Assembly (NCBI GenBank): GCA_002633005.1 | Contig: NMRA01000302.1 | Span: forward strand, 410,504 to 474,503 | Length of the DNA stretch: 64,000 nt | Direction: 5' to 3' | From: Phoronis australis | Taxonomy: Eukaryota; Animalia; Phoronida | Shown here: positions 12,229 to 23,930 of the stretch, piece after piece | Layout: every line of letters starts with the position of its first letter | Position numbering within the stretch: the first letter of the stretch is position 1 | Notes under the pieces: model-generated | What the model was told of the DNA's origin: nothing | The model's database searches: none | Seen by the model: only the letters and a program-made list of their open reading frames with translations | Position numbers and translations under genes: made by a program

Positions 12229-14186
12229 TATAAACCACGTGAGGGACCACACGTGGTTTGCTGACCAGACTTAGAAATGTTTGAAAATTTAAATGTTTAC
12301 AAAAACCGATGTCTTCTCTAAGGTCTGAAAATTTGTTTTAATTTTCTAAGAAAATTTTAGTTCCCTAAGAAAGTTTTCTAAAAAGATGCCTGTGCGATTT
12401 TATTTTTTCAGTGCTGAGCAAACATCTTCTTGCCCAGACTGACTAACAGAAGCAGGTTAGGCTATTTACTGTACGGCATGTAAAGTATCTTATTTCTGTG
12501 GCCAAGAACATGACGGCGTTTTTTCGTTCAGTGACTTTACTAGACGTAAAGGGTTGTGAGCGTGTGAAAACATCTAGCTTCTTTGTTAAATGCCATGACA
12601 TCAGGCAGGCCAATTATCTACCAGACCACGTGTGATCAGTCAAACCAGAGCGCATTGATACATTCGGAAAGAATAGATTGTCGTAACTTCGGTTGTAGTT
12701 GGACGATTTTGGCACTTCAAAAACTAAAACGTGATCACCATTTGACGAGGATTTCAGAAATGCTATTGGTTTATGTTCAAATATATTATACCGGTAACTT
12801 GACTTTTATTTTTAGCAGCACATTCCAGTCAGGCTAGATATGATCTTACTGGAGATTAGAGCAATTATCGAACAAAAGAGAGCTCCAACCATAAAAGCTA
12901 GAATGGGGTTAATCAGTCGTGTATTGACTAGGGGAGTGTTCTTCCCAACTTGTTGTTGGGCTATAGAATCGAACAAGCTAGGAGCAACGGAGAGCGACGT
13001 AATGAGGAAGGTGTACACACAATAGACACTGAGCCACCCCTATGCAAATATTGTATATTGGAAAACATGTCTCAAGGATGCATAAATATCACTGTACAGT
13101 TGTTTTGTATATATTTGGATTCTTTCACCAACCGTGTACACTAAAAACAAAAACAGAATATAAGGAATAACAATTGAAAGTTGCACAATATGAAACATGG
13201 GGAAGGGTTTGGAACAGGTAAGTAGAGGAAAAAATCAGCTTTGTGTTTTGTATGGTTCCCAATCCTTTTAATTAAAGCCGGAGTTCCACATGAGTTTCAC
13301 ATGAGTTTCAGCAGATGATGTTGCTTACCATGTCATCAGTGAAACAAGAAACTATTTTTCAGTGCCCATCACCATCGTTGGTTTTAACTAAAAATGATAA
13401 TGTACAAAAAAGAAATTTTCATTGATTATTTATTAATGCCAACAGACCTGAGCATGACGGCTGTAAACTGCCATGTGATTAGCTACTGTCCTTAGTAGGC
13501 CTACATCACAACAATAACTGCCGTGTGATTGGCTACAATCCTTTGTGCGTCACAAAATGATACAAGATCCTTATTAATGTGCATCCAGAGATTACAAATA
13601 TGGATAACACCTGGTTGATAGTCTGGTATTGATACAAGGAGGACGCTCACTCCACACTGTCATTTATAGGGTTAACTATTCCCACGCCACCTCTTTTTGT
13701 GGGATCCCTAGGACCAAACAAGAATTTACTTCAAAATTTTCGTGACCTGATTTGATTCCAACATATAAAATTTGCTGTCGGGGAACATACTACAGAAAAT
13801 TACTTAGACTGACATCCTAACAAAACATGGAATGTTTTGATTAGATTGAAACGAAATTTTTGCCATGATATTTATAACAATAAAACAAGAGTTTTTAAAT
13901 TAAAGGCTGAAATAAGTTAAACACTTCAAAAAATAAAAGTATAATATGACACTAGATTCAAAAAACCAAGGTACTAGTGTGTATACTTTTGCAACTATTG
14001 TTGTAATTTATTCTACTTGAAGCTTAATTGTCCCTTTATATTTCAATACTGAACAGTGAAGGATATGCCTAGACAATACAACCTGTCACAGCACACCTAG
14101 CTGAACCACATGGTAATTCATGTAACTTATCAATAAATGTGTGATCTAACCTATTACCATTTTTGCTATGAATATGCATGAACATT

Positions 14187-17100
14187 TTAGGCAGATTTCT
14201 TCTTTTCTTCCTTTCTGTAGTAGAGAACAGTCAACATCATAATCAGGGCCAGAGATGATGACAAGATCTGATTGGCCATCATGCTGTAGTCATTAATGAC
14301 CAACAGATTAGTGGCAAAGCGACCTACAATTGAGAAAAAAATTATGTCCAGAAGTTTTGCAATCCACGTGCAAATTTGCACAATTATATTTTAAAAACTG
14401 ACAGTCCTGGGTTAAATAAACGGACAAGTCAGCCTTTATCCTACTATTGAAACCCTGACACGAGTGTCCGAGTACCAGGTTGTACTGAAAACTCAGCATT
14501 TAATGATTCCGTTGTTCCGAATCTATTGTTGCCCAATGGAAATCTGACTATAACTATGCAACTGAGCTTCAAAATATTCCAGTCTTGGAAATAATTAATA
14601 AAATATGATCATATAATCACATAAAACTTAATGACTTACTCATACTGGTGGAGAGCGTCATGCCCCATGTGACTGGGCTAACTTGCCCCGAATCCCCCGA
14701 TTTGTAGATTGCATACCACTGGAAGGCTCGGCTAAATACCATCACTGGACCTATGTTTCTCTACAAGTAGGAAAAGAATAATTCGCTTTTGAAATGAAAA
14801 GGCTTGCATATAACAAAGTACAAGTTAAGGGCACTTAATAGACCAGACCCTAACCAATCTTAGTAAAGTTTAAATCTTGAAATTATAAGTAATTAATAGA
14901 GAGATGGAAAAGTTGCAAATTTATACAAAAATTGTAGTTTTGAAACTATCTTGGATTTCAATGACAGGCAAAATTGCTACCTCTAGGAAGGCTCACAAAA
15001 AAATCCATTTAACCATTTTCCATAGAAAATTCTTAATTTTGTATGACACTAACAATGGACCTTGCCATTAAAAACACTTTTAAGATTGGTTATGTAGGAC
15101 TTGTCGTCAAGTCTGTGAATTTAGTAAAATATCAAGAAAACTACATTATCTGAAAGTAGAAAGGCTATAGAATTCAATTTTTGACAATTACCAATCTGTT
15201 ATTAACTGGGTCACGTGACCATGTCTTTTTTAGTAAAATTTAGCAAAAACGAAAGGTATATTGATAGCAAAACAATGGCATCAATCACACATAAAATGTT
15301 CATGGTGAGATATCAAAAAAACACATTTACACCTTTCTAAAATATCATTTGTTGTTTTTGTTTGATGAAAATCATGAAAGTACTATTTTTGATAGCCCCT
15401 CGGGCAAAAGTGGAACATTTTAAAAACAATTTCTAAAAGAGTGCATAAAGCATTTCATCAGAAAGTTTCAAATGAATCCAATTGGCCATTTCTGAGATAT
15501 AGTGTTCCAAAGTTAGCCAAATTTGGCCATTTTTATAGGGTCCTTCATAACCATAAAAGAACTCTAAGATTCAATCAAAAGCTGAGAAAATTCAAACCGG
15601 TAGATAATTCTCACTCAACTTTTAACTTGTTCCCAGGAATAACACTTCATTAAAGAAACAAAAGGGAACATACCACAATAAAGACCAATACCCAGTCTGG
15701 AGTGATTCCATTGAACACTGAAAAGAAAGCTGCAAGATATCTTTGACAGCGTTAAGGAGAAAAGGTGCTAATAACACAAATGAATCTTTCAGCACTGAAC
15801 ATTGCATTAGAGTGAGAGCCATGCTTTCCAACAGTCCCATTTAAGCGGGGCCGTCCCGCATTTTGAAGCTTTGTCTTGTGTCACACCACAATCAACATAA
15901 GAATGTCCCATTTGAAGAACTAAAAGGTCATTAGTACTTCACACCACGTCCTTAAATGGCTTGTCATGTTAAGTTAGTGCCAGTCACCAAGACAGTAGGC
16001 TGTTAAGGGAATTTCTGGTGATTCACCGTATCTAATTCAATTCAAAGGATAAGAATGCGATGGCATTGTTTTGAAATGGCAAATATACTCCTATGGAGAA
16101 AACTGTTATTTTTGACCCCAAAACATCATGGTCTATTGATCCCAAAACATCATGGTCTATTGACCCCAAAACATCATGGTCTATTGACCCCAAAACGTCA
16201 TGGTCTATTGACCCCAAAACATCATGGTCTATTGAACTTCAGCAAAGAACCCCATACCCGGGATCTGCTTCCTGAAAAGTATATTAAGATAAGTTTGCGC
16301 TAACGCTATCACTTCAAAACCGCTGAATAAAGGTTTAGCCAGGTACATGCATCACATTTTAAAAACAATTTATAGAAATTACCTCGGTAACCGCAGTAAC
16401 ACAGTTACATGTAGATTCTCATGCTCATGTAAGATTTAATTATTTTTCAAGTGTGAAACGTAAGACCAAATTTCTGACTTAAGTCTTAAGTACCTTTCAT
16501 GAAACAGACCTTTGCTTTTTAGTTTTTGGTTACCGCAAAACAAGAGTACCGGTATATGTGATTGCATGTGTGCGCATCTTTAAATAGAAATTGAAAAGAG
16601 CTTAGCCAGAGAAATTCTCACAGTATAGATTCTTTAACTATTGAAATTGTAAAACCCATTTACAAATCTGAAAGGATACATCGGTATTGCCACTGCTAAC
16701 TTTAAGTTGAAGAGGTTTTGATGATACACTATAAGGGTCAGGAGAATCACATCTGGAAATATAAAAGACGGTAAAGTCACAAACAGTAAATCAACAAAGC
16801 AAAGTTGAAATAACCGGTCATTCAAAAATGGTGTCAAGTTGAATGAGCTATAATTATCATAATTAATTCATTCCAAAGTAATCTATGTCAGTTTTTGGGC
16901 ACAAGATTTATTAATCCAAAGGAAACAAGCAAATTATTGCCAATGAGATTTATGATCAAGATTATTGCCAATGAGATTTATGATCAAGAATGTGTAAAGG
17001 TCAGATGTTTCACTTTTAAAAGCTCCAGTAAACACTGATCAGATGCTTCACTGAAGTTTAAAGTAAAACATATGACCTTTGCAGTTACGATATAGTACAT

Positions 17101-19210
17101 ATTCGCACATGAATGTAGTAGTCAAGAGTTAGGAAAGATGCTTCTTTTGTTTGACATCAACTTTAAAATTATACAAAATTTCACTTTCATTTTTGCCACA
17201 TCCACACATAATGTTGTTTATAATGTCCGTTATGAAAAATATTGTAGTTAAGCCCAGACATTGCCAGAAAACACTATACCTGGGAATAATGTCATCACAA
17301 TGTTTGTCAGGTGATTTTCCTAAAACTGTTCATATGACTACATACATTCGAAATAAGAGTGCCAAGGTCAAGGTCAAGATGGTAGTATTCTGTACTTGAG
17401 TAGAGTTTAATAAAGTTCAACAATATTTACCTTGCAGGCATAAAAAGACATACTCCAAGTACGTTCCCAGAGGGTGGCCTTTTGCGGCCTGGTATAAGAG
17501 ACAACATGAATAGCTGGAAAATTTTAAAATTGAATATGATCAAGCAATAGCCATGAATCATTATGCCTAGTGAGTGGAAAATTTTAGCATTATGGCACAA
17601 GTCAGTTATAAACAGATTTTCCAGAGATGTTGTAGCTTTTAAAGTCACGCACAACAAAAATTAGGTTATTGAATTGCTATAACATCAAAATATGTAAATC
17701 CGTAATACGGCTAATTAAGGCCCCATGTATTGTTTTTTTTTTCATTTCAGGATCATGTCATTGGCATTAGATTCTGGAACTATGGTTTCAGTCATTTTCT
17801 TCCAACTTTCCAACTTGGAACTTCTAACCACGTTCGACATTGCAAACCATTTTTACTGTTTAAAGCATCATAATTAAAAATCTTCAGAAGTGTCATTATC
17901 TTTGTTGCAAATACGTGAGACACTTAGTATTCAGATGCATAACAAAAGTACTTCTTTTGATAGTTCCGTAATTCTTCAGGTATTCACCACTTACGAGGAT
18001 CGTTTTAATTAGAAAAACATAAAATGGGCCAGTTGACCCACAGGGCCTCAAAGCTTTGAGTTAATTTTTAAGCGCTATTGATGACAGTATCCAGTATTTT
18101 TGTTCCTTTAATACAAATGTGTAATTTCTACCTCAGCGCCCACAGGGCCAAGTTGAGCGACCACAGTGCAAGCTAATGATGAGGAGAGTGGCCCTAAAAT
18201 TACTTCCACACATATTATGGTTGAAAGGTATTTTTGAAATACCATAGAACAAAAAAAGCATGAAATTGTGGATCAGATCATTGTCTCAATGGCTAATATT
18301 AGTGAACAGTTGTCATAGTACATCATTGTTGGGAATATCGCAAAAATTTGTAGAAGGGTCTCCTTGGCAAAGTGGCAATTTTGGCATTTATTTTTGTTGA
18401 AAATTAACTGAGGAATGAGAAAACTTGTTGACAGTACCAGTTAAACTAATATAAAATTATAATTCCCCCACCTTCTATTTCTAAACATGAACTGATGACA
18501 GCAATTTTGACTAGTTCTGTATTTTCTTAAGTCGCAAAATTCATGAATAAATAGAAAGAAGTGATGATGCATCCAAAATGACCCCCAAGGGGCTTCTTGT
18601 GTCTGGGCTTTAAGTTTCAGTCTCAGAAATGTAGGCCTACTGCTTACCATTGTGTCGAGTTAGGTGTGGGCCTAAAAAGCACTTTCAGCTTGATAACTTG
18701 AGGTATTTTAAGAAGAAAAAAAGTCCTACGAGTCATTTACAATTACGCAAAGATCAACAACTGAACAATCGGTTGTGTACATTTTTAAATGTACTCACTT
18801 AACGTCCCTGTTTGCAACTTAAAAGTTGCAAACAGGGACGTTAAGTGAGTTGTACCACAGGTGTCCCCAGCTTCTGATCGTCCGCCAATACATTATATAA
18901 TACTACAAGGTAGTATTACATAGTGTGTTGGGGATGATCAGAAGCTGAGGACACCTATGAGTTGTACCATGATAGACTATGCATCTGTGCGGAAGCTGAG
19001 TGAAAAACGCAACGGCTCGATTGACTCGCCCGACCGGCGACTGGTACAAACTTACGCGTAAAACTCTAGTAACACACTAGAAAAACTCAAACTCTTTGCA
19101 CTCGAAGTCATCAATATGTTGTACATCTGAGGACACTTTAACACTAAGCAAACAACGATAACATAACTGTTGAGAACGTTCACAACATCTTGTTCTGAAA
19201 CTGAACCCAT
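14187..19210 (-). CDS. SLC66A3: PQ-loop membrane protein SLC66A3/PQLC3-like, copy B (6 exons, 211 aa)
   Basis: Exons 19210-19056, 17513-17431, 16752-16680, 15740-15674, 14760-14640, 14323-14187. Exon lengths equal copy A (155/83/73/67/121/137), the frame is open and splice sites are intact. It ends ..YRKEEKKKSA*. Confidence 0.88.
15082..15557. mobile_element. Non-autonomous TIR element in intron 4 of copy B (related fragment at about 60760-61050)
   Basis: TIR tggttatgtaggac / gtccttcataacca; absent from copy A. Internal gttccaaagttagccaaattt and a tgggt.acgtg.ccatg motif recur near 60775-61047. Confidence 0.6.
15741..16679 (-). other. U12-type (minor spliceosome) GT-AG intron, intron 3 of copy B
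   Basis: 5' splice site GTATCCTTT (16679-16671); branch site TCCTTAAC at 15758-15751 (..ttctccttaacgctgtcaaag). Confidence 0.9.
16112..16235. repeat. 24-bp minisatellite x5 (TGACCCCAAAACATCATGGTCTAT) inside the U12 intron of copy B
   Basis: Directly visible head-to-tail units with no spacers; absent from copy A. Confidence 0.95.
18793..18850. repeat. Perfect 28-bp inverted repeat with 2-nt loop
   Basis: actcacttaacgtccctgtttgcaactt-aa-aagttgcaaacagggacgttaagtgagt. Confidence 0.95.
18856..18959. mobile_element. 104-bp foldback MITE with 8-bp TSD (hAT-like)
   Basis: CACAGGTGTCCCCAGCTTCTGATC..GATCAGAAGCTGAGGACACCTATG, nearly fully palindromic, flanked by AGTTGTAC at 18848-18855 and 18960-18967. 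Confidence 0.75.
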
Positions 19211-19481
19211 CTTCACAGATCTTAGCAGCTAACCTTTGACCCGGAAGATTTTGTTTACAGCGAACCTAGTGGCGCACATTGACGTTTCAAAACAGCCGCC
19301 GTTCGGTCAGTGCGTAAATATCTTTAGGCCGCGCGCGAGTCCATATGTCTGCCATTTTAATAAATGCGTCCGTACTTGAATTAAAGCCGTTTTTTTGGTG
19401 CCTCATTTTGCCTAATGGGTTTTGCATACATTTATTTACAAGTGATTTTTTTTCGTCCCAAAAAAACTAATTGGCTTATAA

Positions 19482-19883
19482 CAGTGGCGGATCTAGGATA
19501 TCACAAGGGGGGACCCAACATTTTGTCCAGCTGTAAGCATTTGCGCAAACTGAACCACGATTGTAGATGCGCATAGCACCGAATGGGGGGAGGTCGGGAG
19601 GAAATTTTTCTGTTTTTACCTCTAAAAATCAAGCATTTTCCTTGATTCCTGAAGTATTATCTAAGAAAAAAAGGCAAAATAAAAACACGAAGAATGTGTC
19701 AAACGGGAAAAACTGAAAAGTACCAAAGACTCGAACTCACGACCTGGCGGAAAGAGCGCGCGTGCGTTACCACTACACCACCACGATCTAACTACTACTC
19801 AGTTGCTAAAAGACCTACTTGTTTATGGTCCACAGCGTTTGCGAGCGAAACCTACTTCTTTTGTAATGNTAAATCCGCCTATG
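19482..19883. mobile_element. CAGTGGCGGAT-type non-autonomous DNA transposon containing a tRNA-like A/B-box segment
   Basis: TIR CAGTGGCGGATCTA / TAAATCCGCCTATG; flanks TATAA/TATGA; absent from the paralogous region at about 10580. Minus-strand TGGTGTAGTGG..GAGTTCGAGTC at 19780-19728. Confidence 0.7.
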
Positions 19884-20532
19884 TATGAATCCAACTGTCA
19901 GCCAACTAGACTACTTAAATGCCTGTACATTTACATGTATACGCAATGAGTTGTATTGATTTATCTTGTTTTTGGTGTGTGTCCCACAAAGGCGAGAATC
20001 TCATTATCTTCTGCAACGGGTTTCTCTGTTTTCACCCGCCTTCTATGAAACCTTTTCTTTGCCTTTATATTGGGTCTGTTGTTGTTTTTTGTCCGGGGTA
20101 CCTCAAGCATATCGGCCAAAAATGCAGGCTTCAGCAAATAGGAAACAATAGCCTCCAGCCTACTGAATTATCACTCAACACAGTGAGAAAATAAGTAATG
20201 CATTTCTCTAAGCGCTTCAGAAAATTTGTTTTAATTTTCTAAGAACATGCCTGTAATCAAACATCTTCTTCAATGGCCAGACTGGCTGACAAAAAAACAG
20301 TTTACTTACCACCAGGCATGTAAACGGATACTTATTTCTAAGGCCAATTCCAAGAAGGAACGTTTACACACAATAAGCACCTGGCATTGTGCTCTGGGAG
20401 CTTTACAAATTGGCGTTGTGAGTACAAGTTGACATGGAAGCTTTGTTTTGATGCCCCCCCCCCTCACCGTGCATTCGTAGGTGTACTTTTAAATCTAAAA
20501 ATTCCCTGTGTTTAAAGCTCCACATTTTTGCA

Positions 20533-21165
20533 GTATGCCATTAACGCTGGTGACAAAAGAATTTGTGAAATTTGTAGTTCATGTAGTTAATGATAAAAAA
20601 CAGTGTCTTGGGCTTTTCACTTAGGTATAGGAATGTTTAAACTAGGGGGGTCACATCAGACAAAAGAATACAGTGAATAGGTCACAATTATCAGCAAAAA
20701 CAAGCCTTTTTAAATAAAAAAATAATAGTAACTCGGCGCGTTTCACGAACCTTGCTGGAAAACAATTACCAAGGTAATATAACACCACAGGCGCTCGAAT
20801 TTGCCGATGACTCATAACCATATATTTTAACATATACATTTAAGAAACNGTATGCCATTAACGCTGGTGACAAAAGAATTTGTGAAATTTGTAGTTCATG
20901 TAGTTAATGATAAAAAACAGTGTCTTGGGCTTTTCACTTACGTATAGGAATGTTTAAACTAGGAGGGTCACATCAGACAAAAGAATACAGTGAATAGGTC
21001 ACAATTATCAGCAAAAACAAGCCTTTTTAAATAAAAAAATAATAGTAACTCGGCGCGTTTCACGAACCTTGCTGGAAAACAATTACCAAGGTAATATAAC
21101 ACCACAGGCGCTCGAATTTGCCGATGACTCATAACCATATATTTTAACATATACATTTAAGAAAC
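20533..21165. repeat. 316-bp tandem duplication joined by a single N (20849); probable assembly/haplotype overlap
   Basis: 20533-20848 vs 20850-21165 differ at about 2 positions. Confidence 0.85.
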
Positions 21166-22139
21166 ATCGTGACTGATGTCAGTGGTGGTCGAGGAGCAGA
21201 CAAACTCAAGCGTCCGTGTATAACACGGCCTGAAATAGGGGGCTATGCTCTGGACTAAAACTCTAATTGTTTGGTTTCTAAAATTTAATTCCTCGTGTAA
21301 AAGTATTCAGTGTCGTTTTATCAGAAAAAAATACAATAAAATTAGGCAAAATAAATGCATTAGGTTCCATTTCTCTGGTACCCATTTTTAGTAACTCTTT
21401 GAACCGTGATTCTGAAAAATAAAGATGAAGGTTAATATTTGGATTAAGTCTCTATTTGGAAGCCGCTGTCGTCATAACTAAATTCTTTTACGAACGTTAG
21501 GGAGTGCTCATCAGATTATGAAGCAATATTTAAAATTTTCACCTCATATAATAGTAAATTCATTGTATCTGAATCACTGTGCAATCCACACAAGATGCTT
21601 GATGTTTCATTATTTTTTATAATTTTCTCTGTATTTTAGTCAAATTTGTAACTTGCTTCAAGGCCACATAATATTCATTTTTAGTCTCAGTAAAGCCCCT
21701 TAAGGAGATGCACGTCAAGGGATATTTAGAACCCTGGCATAGTCTAGTTTGGCATTTTTGGTGAAGGCAAGTTCGACCCGTGCCTGAGCTTATAATTATG
21801 TACAATTTTGCATAAGAAACTTTTTATTGGCGACAGTGTTTGGTCTTTTGGAAACTTCGATTATACTGCCGTGTTCATTTTCTCATGGTGGAATTCTTAA
21901 ATGTCCCAATTGTCTTCCTTTATATGTTTAGTCCGAGATATGTTAGCGCATGCCGGTGATTCAACATTTTGGTTTCAGATATTAGCAACGTCACCTTACA
22001 GTCTGATTTGGTCAGTGTTGGTCGGCAGGTGTCGCGGCAATAAAACTATTGTGAGTACAAGTAAAACTATACGCGTGTGTCGCCTCTAAACAAAAACATC
22101 ACAGACACGATTTAAAACTAGATTTAAAATTTGAGAAAA

Positions 22140-22760
22140 TTTCTTTGGAACGTGCAAATTTTGAGAAATTCTTGGGTGTTAAGATTGACACTACATTATC
22201 ACGGAATGGCAATGTTTCTGAGCTGGGCTCGATAGAGTCTTGGACTTTCAGTGAAGATGTGTTAGCTCCTACCTTCTACGAGAGAACAAATTCAGGTATT
22301 TTAGTTGCTGTGTGTTACCCCTACTTTTGTATTGTTCTACTGTATGGTCTGATTGCCGTACCAATTTTATAAATAAGCTTAAAACCATGCAAAAATAGGC
22401 TTCTGCAGAATCATTCTGGGTGTCCCCTGTTACACTCCTTTCAGTCAGGTGTTCACTGAATTAAACTGGATAATCGTTGATAAATTTTATGAATTTAAAC
22501 GGTTGTGTATGGTTTTTGGTTGTTACTGCGGTGATGCACTGGAATACCTGACCAGAAATATTGTGCCAGTTTGCTCCACACATGAATTGAGCAAATACTC
22601 GTTTTGCCTCACAATATAACCTTCTGGTACTTAGACTCGTGACTGATTTTCCTGCAAGGCATTTTTTTGTTTTGGCCATTAGCGCGTGGAATGATCTCAC
22701 TGATCACGCTAAACACGTAACTATGTTTAACCATTTTAAGAAAAGCTTGTACAGCAACCT
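22140..22760 (+). mobile_element. Degenerate 3' fragment of a CR1/L2-group LINE ORF2
   Basis: Disrupted RT C-terminal motifs EKFLGVKIDTTLS, ..RIILGV..VFTELNW, ..SAWNDLTDHAKHVTMFNHFKKSLY. Confidence 0.6.
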
Positions 22761-23777
22761 GCGAGCGAACGTCGTATGGAGGTCGCAAGGTATTGCGATA
22801 TTCATGACACCCGTCGCATTGTTTTCGCATTTGGGACACTATACAATTGTTTTCCTTTGTTGCGTCTTTGTTGGAAACAACAAAATAGGTCGCACGGATA
22901 TCGTACCTTGGGCGCACCTTACTACCGATAAATGCTTGCATTATCTTTTTTACAACAAAGAAAAACAAGTGAACAATGGATACGCGATCTCTGTGCGACC
23001 ACATTTTGACCTAGTTTCCCATGGGTAATTATCTCGCGGCAACACAACAATTATTTGTGCATTGCTTTCTTCTATTTATTTGGAAAGATTATACTTAATT
23101 ATACATAATTTTTTAAACTTATTAGTTTCATTCTCATGCAAAATTTCCTGCTCTGCCATTATCAAATTAATCGTAATTTGTTACCATTGTATCTTCATGT
23201 CCCTTTCATTGTTTATACCATTATTCATTACCACGTTTGTTTATGTATTTTTGTGAGAACCATCTGGAAGATGAGATTTATTCGCTTAATAAATATTGCT
23301 TAAAAAGGCTACGGGAAATCACGCAAAACACACGCATGCTCTATGAACCTGTAACGATGACAAAACTAGTCATGATAACACAGCCGCGGTGTTTGTGTAA
23401 GTATAAAACGTCAGACGACAAATAGTCAACTCTTTTCAAAAACCCTTTGTGTTTATGATTCCTTAGCTGGTGTATCTCATTGCCTAACTTGCCCTGGATT
23501 AGGAGGATCAATCGACTCTTGGATGGTTTGGCGAATCGTGAATTACTATAAGAAGGATAAAGGTACTATACTCTTAAATTTGAGTTATAGACAGACCCAT
23601 TTACAAGTACGAGCCCCTCGAAAAATTGTATTAAACTACTTAGTTGGGTCGTTACACTTTCTACTCAAAAAGATATTGACTGTCTTAAGCAGAAACAACG
23701 TTAAGCCATCCAACTGCTGCTCCGTTCTCTCATGGACACGTTATCACTGACCAAAAGGCGCAAACCCTTAGTAAGTC

Positions 23778-23930
23778 CAGTGGCGGATTTAGAGGGGGGT
23801 CATCCCCCCCCTAAACTTCTCCCAGATTCTATTTGGCAGTTCGCGGTTGCGAATGTCTGACGGGCAAAATCCTGGCTAATACTCTGCCCTGCCCCCCCCC
23901 CCTCAACTCAAAATCCTCGATCCGCCCCTG
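23778..23930 (+). mobile_element. CAGTGGCGGAT-type MITE with 5-bp TSD
   Basis: CAGTGGCGGATT..GATCCGCCCCTG flanked by a perfect AAGTC duplication. Confidence 0.8.

Larger units (their letters stand above)
1025..20350. repeat. Old tandem segmental duplication carrying the two PQ-loop genes (about 1025-12510 and about 13030-20350)
   Basis: Colinear homology in flanks and introns, e.g. 1030-1320 vs 13040-13370, 10462-10870 vs 19337-20190, 12330-12510 vs 20220-20350. Many substitutions and copy-specific TE insertions. Boundaries approximate. Confidence 0.85.

Noticed and set aside
16112-16235. Regular short repeats resembling a CRISPR array or repeat protein (DPKTSWSI)n
   Set aside because: Units are head-to-tail with no unique spacers, lie in a eukaryotic intron, and have no cas genes nearby; it is a minisatellite.
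20651-21156. Two identical 62-aa ORFs suggesting a duplicated small gene
   Set aside because: They result from the N-joined 316-bp duplication and show no coding features.
22609-23028. Overlapping 131-aa and 129-aa ORFs on opposite strands
   Set aside because: They overlap the decayed LINE 3' end; there is no splice or domain support for a host gene.
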